Positions 1 through 7,957 of a stretch of DNA of 64,000 nt are shown here, piece by piece. A model generated the notes under the pieces. The model was not told where the DNA came from. It saw only the letters and a program-made list of their open reading frames with translations, and did no database searches. This DNA is from an uncultured Alphaproteobacteria bacterium (GTDB lineage Bacteria; Pseudomonadota; Alphaproteobacteria; CBDUYM01). Position 1 is the first letter of the stretch. Each line of letters opens with the position of its first letter. The DNA lies in NCBI GenBank assembly GCA_965371465.1, contig CBDUYM010000012.1, positions 15,821 to 79,820 on the forward strand, in the 5' to 3' direction. The position numbers and the translations under genes were made by a program.

Positions 1-127
1 ATCCGGTCTGCATGCTCTGGGCTGTGTTCTGGTCCTGCGCGTGCAGCCCGCCGCCAGCCAGGGTGGCAAGCGATGTGATGGCGGCGAACACGAATAGGAA
101 ACGCGAAGAAACACGAAGACCCATCAT
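1..127 (-). CDS. Partial CDS (N-terminus only, continues past window edge): secreted protein with signal peptide
   Basis: Reverse complement of 1-137 reads GGAGAG-N5-ATGATG then MMGLRVSSRFLFVFAAITSLATLAGGGLHAQ: SD plus basic n-region and hydrophobic core. Not in ORF track because <60 aa lie inside the window. Confidence 0.35.
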   Translation of the reverse strand, partial: MMGLRVSSRFLFVFAAITSLATLAGGGLHAQDQNTAQSMQTG

Positions 128-326
128 TGATCTCTCCAATTTGAGGCAACAATCTGATGCAGCGAGCAGTTGGCAGATCGAGACCTTAACACAAGGTGTC
201 CATGGTGCTACAGCAACGGAGTTGTCTGTATGATGAACGGAAAAGCGTCAATGATGTTGACACTTTGGCCAGGTCGCTGCGCTTCTGCTAGCCTTCCCGA
301 CGAAATCACTCAATCGGAGAAAAGAC

Positions 327-695
327 ATGATCGGCTACGTAACACTTGGTACGAATGATTTTGAGCGGGCCGCTGCCTTTTACGATGAATTGCTGTCCTT
401 GATCGGTTGCACGCGCGCCATGGATGGCGATACGTCTATCGGCTGGTCCAATGGCAGCGCCGGCGCGCTCCTCACTATCATCAAGCCCTTTGATCAGCAG
501 CCTGCAACAGTCGGCAATGGCGGCATGGCGGCGATTCAGGTGACGGAACAGATTGATGTGGATCGGCTCCATGCAAAGGCCATTGAGCTGGGCGCGACCG
601 ACGAAGGTGCGCCCGGGCGGAGGGGTGAAGGCTTTTATGCCGGCTATTTCCGTGACCTCGATGGGAACAAGCTGAACGCCTACTTCATGGGGTAG
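327..695 (+). CDS. VOC family protein (glyoxalase/bleomycin-resistance/dioxygenase fold)
   Basis: 122-aa ORF; N-terminus MIGYVTLGTNDFERAAAFYDELL and C-terminal GYFRDLDGNKL are typical of the glyoxalase-I-like fold. Confidence 0.8.
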   Translation: MIGYVTLGTNDFERAAAFYDELLSLIGCTRAMDGDTSIGWSNGSAGALLTIIKPFDQQPATVGNGGMAAIQVTEQIDVDRLHAKAIELGATDEGAPGRRGEGFYAGYFRDLDGNKLNAYFMG

Positions 696-839
696 GCTTG
701 AGGTCAACTCGGCGCTTCAGGCTTGTCAGTTGCAGCGAAGTACAAGGCTGTATCTGGTCACCGCGTCTGACAGGGACGGAGCCTCCATTGCCGCTCTGAT
801 TTGACGCGATAAGTGTTGTCTGGCGAAGAGCCTTGGCGA

Positions 840-1382
840 TCAGGCCTTCAGCATTTTGGCGATGCGGATCACGTCCTCAGCGATTTTACGAATCTCAATG
901 CCCCGCGCCCTGTTGCTGGCCTGATTCTGCGCGTTCGCTGCCTCGTCGTAGACGGCGAAGGCGAGGCTGGCGAGCTCAGCGGCGTGCAAGCTGGCGCCCT
1001 GATTCGCGGGATCGCTGTCGAAAACATCCGCGACGACTTCAAACGCCTGCTTGAGCCTGGCGGCATCAATCGATGTCATCGAATTCTCGCTGTCTGCCGC
1101 AGCCTCGCTCAGAGGCCGGCCTTTGACCAGGCCAGTATCACGGTATCCAAGCTGCCGGATCACCATTTCCGAGACGCCGCGCGGCGTAAGAATCTCAAGA
1201 AGCTGAGCGATCTTGTCGGCGGGCAGGAAATCTTTTGCGGCCAGCTCCGGATTTTCCCAACGGGCGTAGCCGCTTGGTGTCCTGAAGCCCATCCGTTCCG
1301 CCATTTCAGCCTGAGTGAGGCCGGCGGCTCTGCGCAGCGTCTTCAGCCTGAGGGCTGCTGGTTCATGGATTTCTGTGGTCAT
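840..1382 (-). CDS. XRE-family helix-turn-helix transcriptional regulator (phage repressor-like)
   Basis: HTH motif LRLKTLRRAAGLTQAEMAERMGF near the N-terminus; ORF track gives 840..1547, start refined to MTTEIH (1382) because a TTGACA-N16-TATGAT promoter abuts it; alternative ATGs at 1394/1391. Confidence 0.7.
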   Translation of the reverse strand: MTTEIHEPAALRLKTLRRAAGLTQAEMAERMGFRTPSGYARWENPELAAKDFLPADKIAQLLEILTPRGVSEMVIRQLGYRDTGLVKGRPLSEAAADSENSMTSIDAARLKQAFEVVADVFDSDPANQGASLHAAELASLAFAVYDEAANAQNQASNRARGIEIRKIAEDVIRIAKMLKA

Positions 1383-1389
1383 GGCAACC

Positions 1390-1417
1390 ATCATAAACAC
1401 ATTTTTACTGTTGTCAA
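1390..1417 (-). promoter_or_regulatory. Near-consensus sigma70-type promoter (TTGACA-N16-TATGAT) placed for a leaderless repressor transcript
   Basis: On the minus strand, TTGACA at 1417..1412 and TATGAT at 1395..1390, with the ATG of MTTEIH at 1382..1380, about 7 nt from the -10; no SD before any of the three candidate ATGs. Confidence 0.4.
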
Positions 1418-1482
1418 AAGACATTAAAAGTGTAGTTTTCAGTTTCTCCCTTGATCCTTCTCGAAACAGAAATGGAACCGAC

Positions 1483-1872
1483 ATGCCCCAGGGCCGGATA
1501 AAGAAATTGTCGCGCAAACGATGCTGCGAATGCCAGACAGTGCTCAAGCTGAGCGAATTCAGACGGCACCCCAGAACCCGCGACGGCTACGCGAATATCT
1601 GTCGGAGCTGCATGAGCGCTCGCCCCAAGACTTCAACGCAACCCGCTGCATCCGTCACTGCGACGGCGAGAAGCCAACCAAGCCGTGCCAGCTTGCGTCG
1701 TGTCCGGGCGCTTCGCCATATGTATGAACGTCTGTCGTTACGCGGCTACGATGGAAGGCCCCATGCGAATCCGCTGAGCGCTACACCGGCAGCCGGGCGC
1801 GACGCTCCAGACATGACGAAGCGTCGCGGCTCAATTGGCCTGTCTTATACTCGCGACGAGTCGCAGATATGA
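1483..1872 (+). CDS. Hypothetical protein with Cys-rich zinc-ribbon-like N-terminus (phage-associated)
   Basis: In-frame ATG at 1483 within ORF 1315..1872; motif RKRCCECQ...ICRSC; divergent from the repressor; ATGA stop/start overlap with the next ORF. Confidence 0.45.
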   Translation: MPQGRIKKLSRKRCCECQTVLKLSEFRRHPRTRDGYANICRSCMSARPKTSTQPAASVTATARSQPSRASLRRVRALRHMYERLSLRGYDGRPHANPLSATPAAGRDAPDMTKRRGSIGLSYTRDESQI

Positions 1873-2219
1873 AAACTGCTGCACGGAACTGGCCCAAACC
1901 GCCAGTGGCGCGGGCGAGGTTCGAGGGTCAGGGCCTGACGCGGTATCAGATGCAGTCTCTGGAAGCCTGGCAACGGACGGTGGCTGGTCTCGAACAATTT
2001 GAACAAAAAGGCCCAGCCGTCGACGGGCCGCTTCGGGTTACATACACTATCCGCGGCGGTACGGCTAACACCGATCCACCTCTCGAAGCCTATAGCGGTA
2101 TTCTGACCGAGCAGCTCAGGCGTCTTCAGATCATCACCAGGGAAGCGACAGTCTCCAAGGCCATCATTCAATGGGGTGAAGTGAAAGTCGGCGTTCAGAT
2201 TGAAGTGGAGGAAATCTGA
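1869..2219 (+). CDS. Hypothetical protein (phage-associated)
   Basis: 116-aa ORF tightly packed between neighbours (4-nt overlap upstream, 1-nt gap downstream); no recognisable motif. Confidence 0.4.
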   Translation: MKTAARNWPKPPVARARFEGQGLTRYQMQSLEAWQRTVAGLEQFEQKGPAVDGPLRVTYTIRGGTANTDPPLEAYSGILTEQLRRLQIITREATVSKAIIQWGEVKVGVQIEVEEI

Positions 2220-2220
2220 A

Positions 2221-2799
2221 ATGAACCCAAGAAAAGATCAGCCCGACATGAACGAGACTGAAGAACGCCAGATCCCGACAAAGGAATATCTCGGCCACAA
2301 CCCGAATACCGTTGAAATCCGCGACCGCGATCCCGAGACCGGGGCGATTGTGCTGCACTATGTGAACCTGGATCAGCAGAATCATCCGGTTCTCAGCCGC
2401 CTGAGCAGGAACGGCACAATCACACCTGAGCAGGCAATCGCTGCAGAACGCTTTTACACCGATTACAACGCTGTTGGCTGCGGCCCGAACTATGCGACAG
2501 GTTCCCTGATCCGCATCGACAATGCCCATGGCGTCGATCACGACCATCGTGCCGATGTCCAGGCCCGGTATGACGGCGCCAGGCTACTCTTTATGGGGGC
2601 GGCGCTGTCGCTTCAGGTGAATGTTGTCGGTGAAGGCGAAAGCCTGCGTGCCTGGTGCCGGCGCTGGAACGTCAGCCGCAAGGCTGGCCAACGCCCCTAT
2701 TATCACGCGGAATGCATCGAGCTGCTGCGCGGCGTGCTCAATGATCTCGATGACTATTATCGGACCTGGGATTTACGGGTGAAACGCCGGAAAGCCTGA
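2221..2799 (+). CDS. Hypothetical protein (phage-associated)
   Basis: ATG at 2221 directly after the upstream stop (ORF track start 2200 would overlap); 192 aa, no recognisable motif. Confidence 0.45.
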   Translation: MNPRKDQPDMNETEERQIPTKEYLGHNPNTVEIRDRDPETGAIVLHYVNLDQQNHPVLSRLSRNGTITPEQAIAAERFYTDYNAVGCGPNYATGSLIRIDNAHGVDHDHRADVQARYDGARLLFMGAALSLQVNVVGEGESLRAWCRRWNVSRKAGQRPYYHAECIELLRGVLNDLDDYYRTWDLRVKRRKA

Positions 2800-3410
2800 C
2801 CAGGACTGCCAGGCGTCACCATCAGAACTGTAGCGCCTTGCGACCTCGGCATGGGGCCATCATCCCGGCTGGAACAGATCGGGCGCCAGTCCTTATCCGC
2901 CGCGCTGCGGGGGTTGGCGATTGTGCATCGGGGTCTGAACAGAGGCGACGCCTTTGTGGGGGCCGGTGTCGCGGTTTACAGCGAACTTGCCGGGGGCATT
3001 GCCCGGGTTCTGATCCGATTTCTGGCCCTTGGCCTTTTTAAGGGGTTTGGGCTTTCTGGGTTTTTTGGATTTTGGCATGCTTCAATTTCTCACAAGGTAA
3101 ATAGAGGTCATTCAAATGATTGCAGGGCGTGCATCAGCTCCTGCCGTGCGCCCCAGGACACTTTGCGGTTCGTTAAACCCAATTTTTGCGCATTTGCCTG
3201 AACCACTTGTAAGTCACATTGAAGCAGAGTCCGCATACTAACGGGTTTCGCCTGTCCGATCAATGCCTTAGAGCGGCATGACCGCGAAATTTGACCTTTC
3301 GATCAGTTTACGAGACATTGCGGCACGCTTGGCGTTACTGCGTAAGACAGTGACCAACGACCGAGCGAATTCACAGTCATTCAGAAATACCAAGGAAGAG
3401 TGCGGAGCCC

Positions 3411-3929
3411 TTGCGTCCGAAGAAATTTACTGACGATCTTGCCTCAGCCATCTGCCAGCGGATTGCAGCGGGCGAGACCATCCGGCTGATCTGCCAGGAC
3501 GGCGATATGCCCTCGAAGGCGACACTTTATCGCTGGCTCGCGGCTCCGGCTCAGGCAGCGTTTCGCGATCAGTACGCTGTCGCACTTGAAGCGCGTGCCG
3601 AGCTGATGGCAGAGGAAATTTTAGCCATCGCCGATGATGGGGCGAACGACTTTGTCGAGAAGCAGCTTAAATCAGGCGAAATCACCCATGTGTTTGATTC
3701 AGAGCGGGTGCAGCGGTCCCGGCTTCGCGTCGACGCCCGCAAATGGCTCCTCGCAAAAATGCTGCCCCGGAAATATGGCGATCTGGCTGCGCGCAGCAAA
3801 GCGCGTCACGAGGAAGGGCAATCTCAGGATGGAGAACCCGTAGATTACAAACAGGAACTCAATCGCAAACTGGCTCGCCTTGCAGACCAAATCCGCGCGC
3901 GCGAGCTGGATCGAAAGTCTGACGAATGA
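3411..3929 (+). CDS. Phage terminase small subunit
   Basis: 172-aa protein with N-terminal HTH-like segment (ICQRIAAGETIRLICQDGDMPSKATLYRWL) and RSRLRVDARKWLLAKMLPRKYGD, as in small terminases; TTG start; immediately followed by a large-terminase fragment. Confidence 0.6.
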   Translation: MRPKKFTDDLASAICQRIAAGETIRLICQDGDMPSKATLYRWLAAPAQAAFRDQYAVALEARAELMAEEILAIADDGANDFVEKQLKSGEITHVFDSERVQRSRLRVDARKWLLAKMLPRKYGDLAARSKARHEEGQSQDGEPVDYKQELNRKLARLADQIRARELDRKSDE

Positions 3930-4383
3930 TGAGGCTTCGGACTTACTCAAACGCTGGGAGTTCTGGGCACGACCTGAACAGATGGAACCTTCAGGCAACT
4001 GGCGGGTCTGGGCAATTATCGCTGGACGCGGCTTTGGCAAAACGCGAACCGGCGCAGAATGGGTCATGGCCAATGTCACAGGCGATACGCCAATGGCCAA
4101 AGGCCGTTACGGCCGTATCGCGCTGATCGCTGAAACTGCAGCCGACGCCCGCGACGTGATGGTCGAAGGGGAGAGTGGCATTCTGAATATTGCCGCGAAC
4201 AGTTTCCGGCCTACTTACGAACCATCGAAACGTCGTCTGACCTGGCCTAACGGCGCTGTTGCTTCGACGTTTTGCGCCCCTTACCCGATCCAGTTTGGTG
4301 GCGCGATCCAGAATCTTATTCAGTGCCTGTTCAATCGATCGAAACCTGCGTCGGTTGACATCCTTTACCGCTACGCATTGTAG
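3880..4383 (+). pseudogene. Phage terminase large subunit, N-terminal fragment (truncated remnant)
   Basis: WEFWARPEQ and AGRGFGKTRTGAEWV (Walker-A-like) then RIALIAETAADARDVMVEG match the N-terminal ATPase region of GTA/phage TerL, but the ORF stops after 167 aa; full TerL is roughly 400-450 aa and nothing downstream continues it. Confidence 0.55.
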
Positions 4384-4409
4384 CGGGCGTAAGCAGGGAG
4401 ATTACATGA

Positions 4410-4778
4410 ATGGATAAAGAAAAACTCACGGCAACTGTGAAAGAGGAAGGCTTTCATGCCGCCAGGTTCGCCATGCTGGTGACCATCACACTGGGGCTCA
4501 TTGGCCTTCTACAGGCGGCAGGGCTTGATCTTGATGATGTGCTGCCTGCGACCCGGGCTGATATTCAGTTTCTGGAGCAGGCTCAGGCGCGCGATGACGC
4601 CCTGTGGGCCAACTTCAATCTCATGAACCTGCAGGTGCGCCTTGCCCAGATCCAATCCGAGATCGACGCGACGGGCCCGAAACAAACGCTCATCCAGATC
4701 AAGGCTGATCTCGAACGCCAGATCCGCGAACAGACCCAGGAATACGAAGACGCCTCAAGACGCGCCCGCGAAGCGTAG
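4410..4778 (+). CDS. Hypothetical membrane-anchored coiled-coil protein (possible phage lysis/spanin-like)
   Basis: One N-terminal hydrophobic helix (FAMLVTITLGLIGLLQAAGL) followed by a charged, helical, Q/E/R-rich tail. Confidence 0.35.
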   Translation: MDKEKLTATVKEEGFHAARFAMLVTITLGLIGLLQAAGLDLDDVLPATRADIQFLEQAQARDDALWANFNLMNLQVRLAQIQSEIDATGPKQTLIQIKADLERQIREQTQEYEDASRRAREA

Positions 4779-4820
4779 CGGCAACAATCTCATCCCCCCT
4801 CAACCACAGGAGTAATCCCC

Positions 4821-5027
4821 ATGGATACAAAACCTTTTTACCTGTCCAAAACGCTTTGGGCCAATCTCATTGCCGGCGCAGCGGCCGTGCTCACAGCCTT
4901 CGGCTTTGACCTCGGCCTTGATGTCGAGACCCAGACCGCCATCGTCGGTGGCATCATGGCGCTGGTGAATGTTGTACTTCGCCTGACGACAAACAGCGCA
5001 ATTGGCTTAGGCGGTCAGAACGGATGA
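4821..5027 (+). CDS. Small membrane protein (phage holin-like)
   Basis: 68 aa with two hydrophobic segments; ATGA overlap with the next ORF. Confidence 0.4.
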   Translation: MDTKPFYLSKTLWANLIAGAAAVLTAFGFDLGLDVETQTAIVGGIMALVNVVLRLTTNSAIGLGGQNG

Positions 5028-5260
5028 TCTCCGCCGTTCTGAGCGCTCTTGCTTCCGGTCTTGAGGCCATAAAACTGTGGCTGAAAGGCCGGGAGCGAAG
5101 CGAGCTCAAGCATGCCGGGATCAATGAACAGAAAGTAACGGATCATGAAGCAAAAGATGCCTCGCGCGCCGAAAAACGCCGCCGTGACGATCATATCCGC
5201 CGCGATGTTGACGCTAACGTCCGCCTGCGTCAGCACTTCTACGACCCCCATGATCGGTGA
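5024..5260 (+). CDS. Hypothetical small protein
   Basis: 78-aa ORF with hydrophobic N-terminus and a highly charged tail; translationally coupled to the preceding ORF. Confidence 0.3.
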   Translation: MISAVLSALASGLEAIKLWLKGRERSELKHAGINEQKVTDHEAKDASRAEKRRRDDHIRRDVDANVRLRQHFYDPHDR

Positions 5261-5433
5261 TTTCTGCGACGAGTACACTGTCATCCGGGACGCAGACTCC
5301 CGCCATGTGCGCCTCAACAACGCTGTCTATGTCTGCAAATGCCTGGGGCCAGCTCATGCGCTCTATGCGGCAATCGGTTGCGGCGGCGTGGCAGTCTAGC
5401 CTATGCTCGCCCCTTGCATTAGGGGGAGAGATT

Positions 5434-6705
5434 ATGAAATTTGGTGTATTTTACGAGCTTCAGTTGCCCAAGCCCTGGGATGAGGGGCAGGAGCATGCAT
5501 TGTTTCAGCATGCGCTTGATCAGGTTGTGCTCGCCGACGAGATCGGTATCGATCATGCCTGGGCGGTGGAGCATCATTTCCTGGAAGAATATTCCCATTG
5601 CTCCGCGCCGGAGATTTTCCTGGCCGCAGCGGCGGCGCGGACGAAAAACATTCGTGTTGGCCATGGCATCCGCCAGGTCATTGCAAACTACAACAGTCCT
5701 GCGCGCACGGCGGAATGCATCGCGTCCCTCGATCTTATCTCCAACGGCCGGGTTGATTTTGGTATCGGTGAAGGGGCGACGCGGCTGGAGCTTCATGCTT
5801 TTGATATTCCAGCGCCCGAAAAACGCGCCATGAGCCTGGAGGCTGCCGAACAGATCGCCAATATGATGGCGATGACGCCTTATCCGGGCTATGTGGGAAA
5901 ATCGTTTTCCTTCCCGGCAAGGAACGTCATCCCCAAACCGCTGCAAAAGCCCCATCCTCCCATGTGGATGGCTTGCACCAACCGCGACACGATCAAGATT
6001 GCGGCGCAGAACGGCCTTGGCGCGCTTGCGTTTTCCTTCGTTGATCCCGAGGAAGCCCATAAGTGGAGCGAGATATACTACGACATCATCAAATCTGATG
6101 AATGTGTGCCCCTTGGCCATCGGGTGAATGCGAACATTGCCATGGTCTCATCGTTTTCCATGCATCATGATCGCGCCACCGCCATTCGCCAGGGCCAGGA
6201 GGGGTTCGAGTTCTTTGGCTATGCACTGAGACGCCTTGTAACCGAGGACATTATACCAGGCCACACTGAACATTTCGCAGAATTCCAGAAAATGCGCGGC
6301 AACCGGACCGAAGAGATGATTGCTGAGCTGGATGACCAGTCCGAAGGGATGGAACGTTCCGCCGGCATCGGCACGCCGGATGATTTCCGCAATCACGTCA
6401 ATCAGCTCGAAGCCGCCGGCATCGATCAGGTGATCCTGTTGCAGCAGGCCGGGAACAACACCCATGAACAGATCTGCTCTTCCCTGAACCTGTTCGCCGA
6501 AGAGGTGTTGCCCGAATTCAAGGCCAAGGTCGCCGAGAAGGAAGCGCGGAAAGAAAAGGAACTTGCGCCTTACATTGAGGCGGCGCTTGAGCGGAAAGAC
6601 AAAATGCCGGCACCTGCGGTGGAAGACATCCCGATCGTCAAGGCCGCTGTTGACACCAAAGCCTTCAACGAACGCCGCTACGCCAACCGCAGGAAGGCGG
6701 AGTAG
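5434..6705 (+). CDS. LLM class flavin-dependent oxidoreductase (luciferase-like monooxygenase family)
   Basis: Start refined to MKFGVFYELQLP (ATG 5434, preceded by AGGGGGAGAG); typical LLM N-terminus and length (423 aa). Confidence 0.85.
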   Translation: MKFGVFYELQLPKPWDEGQEHALFQHALDQVVLADEIGIDHAWAVEHHFLEEYSHCSAPEIFLAAAAARTKNIRVGHGIRQVIANYNSPARTAECIASLDLISNGRVDFGIGEGATRLELHAFDIPAPEKRAMSLEAAEQIANMMAMTPYPGYVGKSFSFPARNVIPKPLQKPHPPMWMACTNRDTIKIAAQNGLGALAFSFVDPEEAHKWSEIYYDIIKSDECVPLGHRVNANIAMVSSFSMHHDRATAIRQGQEGFEFFGYALRRLVTEDIIPGHTEHFAEFQKMRGNRTEEMIAELDDQSEGMERSAGIGTPDDFRNHVNQLEAAGIDQVILLQQAGNNTHEQICSSLNLFAEEVLPEFKAKVAEKEARKEKELAPYIEAALERKDKMPAPAVEDIPIVKAAVDTKAFNERRYANRRKAE

Positions 6706-6729
6706 GGGACCCAGAGTTCGATCCACGAC

Positions 6730-6755
6730 CGTTCGCCCTGAGCCTGTCGAAGGGC
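6730..6755. repeat. Solo half-copy of the palindromic intergenic repeat (cgttcgccctgagcctgtcgaagggc)
   Basis: Matches the right arm of the hairpin elements at 20014-20073 and 20395-20477; translates to VRPEPVEG in the overlapping spurious ORF; no partner arm seen upstream. Confidence 0.6.
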
Positions 6756-6836
6756 GGCAGCCGCACGCCTACACCAATAATCGTCTTGAAGTGCGGCCGC
6801 GCGCCGCGCGCTATCAGATCATTGAGAACCCCCCAC

Positions 6837-7139
6837 ATGCCCATCATCCGGGACATCTTCACGCTCGACATTCTGCTGCACAGCATCCTTGGGTTTGCCC
6901 TCATGGGATCAATGTGGGCGATGACGCAAGAGGCGGACTGGACGAACTATGCGCGTTTCTCCGCCATGATCCTCTATCTGCGTGAACTGGGCCAGGTGCA
7001 GGGCCGCTATTACGATAACAATTTCCTGAAGGGCTGGACCCTTGCCGGTGCCGATCCGGATCGTGCGTTTCATCGACACATGGAATGGATCGCGCCGTCG
7101 GTTGTGATTAACTGGGTTACGGTTTCCTGGCTGGTGTGA
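6837..7139 (+). CDS. Hypothetical protein
   Basis: ORF 6786..7139 overlaps the repeat; in-frame ATG at 6837 (MPIIRDIF) is more plausible; one hydrophobic segment. Confidence 0.3.
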   Translation: MPIIRDIFTLDILLHSILGFALMGSMWAMTQEADWTNYARFSAMILYLRELGQVQGRYYDNNFLKGWTLAGADPDRAFHRHMEWIAPSVVINWVTVSWLV

Positions 7140-7200
7140 GCAGGGAAATCATTTCGATCCGCCGGGCAGCCCAAAACCTTACATCGCTAGTCCTCCCCCA

Positions 7201-7226
7201 ACGCTCAGGCCACCCTTCCTGAGCGT
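7201..7226. repeat. Perfect 9-bp inverted repeat hairpin (acgctcagg-N8-cctgagcgt) between convergent genes
   Basis: Read directly; shares the cctgagc core with the palindromic repeat family; no T-run follows on either strand. Confidence 0.35.
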
Positions 7227-7293
7227 GGCCCCGCTGGTGCGTACCATTATGGCGCGCGCTGGCGGGGTTTCTTTGCGTTTCAGGAGGTCGGTT

Positions 7294-7707
7294 TCAGGCC
7301 GGGTTCGTCTCGAAGTGAGGTATGGCCGGGTCAAGGTGAGCCCAATCCGGCGCTGAGGACGTCCACACGTTCGCCAATAATTTGAGTCCATTCGGGTCAT
7401 CCAGTGCGCCAGCTTTCACTACACTGCGTTCCGGCCTCGCGCTGCTGCCGGCGAAAAGCGGCGTGCCGCAATCCGGACAGAATGAACGCCAGACACTATT
7501 GCCGCTGTCGGCCTTGTTTTCGAAAATTTTCGGTTCGCCGCCTATCATCCTGATCTGGTCGCTGGCGATCGGCAGGCTGAACGCAGGCGCGCCACCCGAA
7601 ACATACTGACATTCCCGGCAATGGCAGGCGACGAAGGCGGTAGGCTCTGAGATCAACTCAAATCGAACCGCGCCACACATACAGCCACCTTTGATGGGCA
7701 GATCCAT
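7294..7707 (-). CDS. GFA family protein (glutathione-dependent formaldehyde-activating enzyme / CENP-V-like)
   Basis: Cys motifs GGCMCGAVRFE...CHCRECQ...CPDCGTPLF. Confidence 0.8.
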   Translation of the reverse strand: MDLPIKGGCMCGAVRFELISEPTAFVACHCRECQYVSGGAPAFSLPIASDQIRMIGGEPKIFENKADSGNSVWRSFCPDCGTPLFAGSSARPERSVVKAGALDDPNGLKLLANVWTSSAPDWAHLDPAIPHFETNPA

Positions 7708-7957
7708 GAGTATCTCCTACAGAATAAACTTTGTTTTATATTGACTTCAAAGACATATGAACATATAAAACACAGATCATAAAAAGTCAAAAAAAATTGA
7801 ATTTGTAAACTGTGAATACTATTTTATGAAGAGTATGAAACCAAATTTTTTCGAGTACTTGATAAAATGAACTTCATATTTTCTCTAAAAATAAAAAAGT
7901 GATAAACTGAAATTCAAAATAAACTGATCTATATACGAAATATGAAATGAAGTTGCT
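7708..7957. promoter_or_regulatory. AT-rich (about 75% AT) 250-bp divergent intergenic island with a TTGACT-N17-TATAAA promoter-like element facing hipA
   Basis: Composition differs sharply from flanks; TTGACT at 7741-7746, TATAAA at 7764-7769 on the plus strand; repeated short motifs (aataaact twice). Confidence 0.45.

Noticed and set aside
2893-3078. 61-aa Lys/Pro-rich ORF on the minus strand
   Set aside because: Low-complexity composition, no SD, sits in the gene-poor stretch; more likely a chance frame than a gene.
5257-5433. N-terminal extension of the LLM oxidoreductase ORF (track start 5257)
   Set aside because: The extension is Ser/Thr/Ala-rich without family features; the conserved LLM N-terminus MKFGVF begins at 5434 behind a good SD, so the extension is most likely untranslated.
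5419-6120. 233-aa ORF on the minus strand
   Set aside because: Antisense within the LLM oxidoreductase gene.
6700-6790. tRNA-like T-loop string (gagttcgatcc) next to the solo repeat
   Set aside because: No acceptor, D or anticodon stems can be folded around it; not a tRNA. Could be a fragment, but evidence is insufficient.
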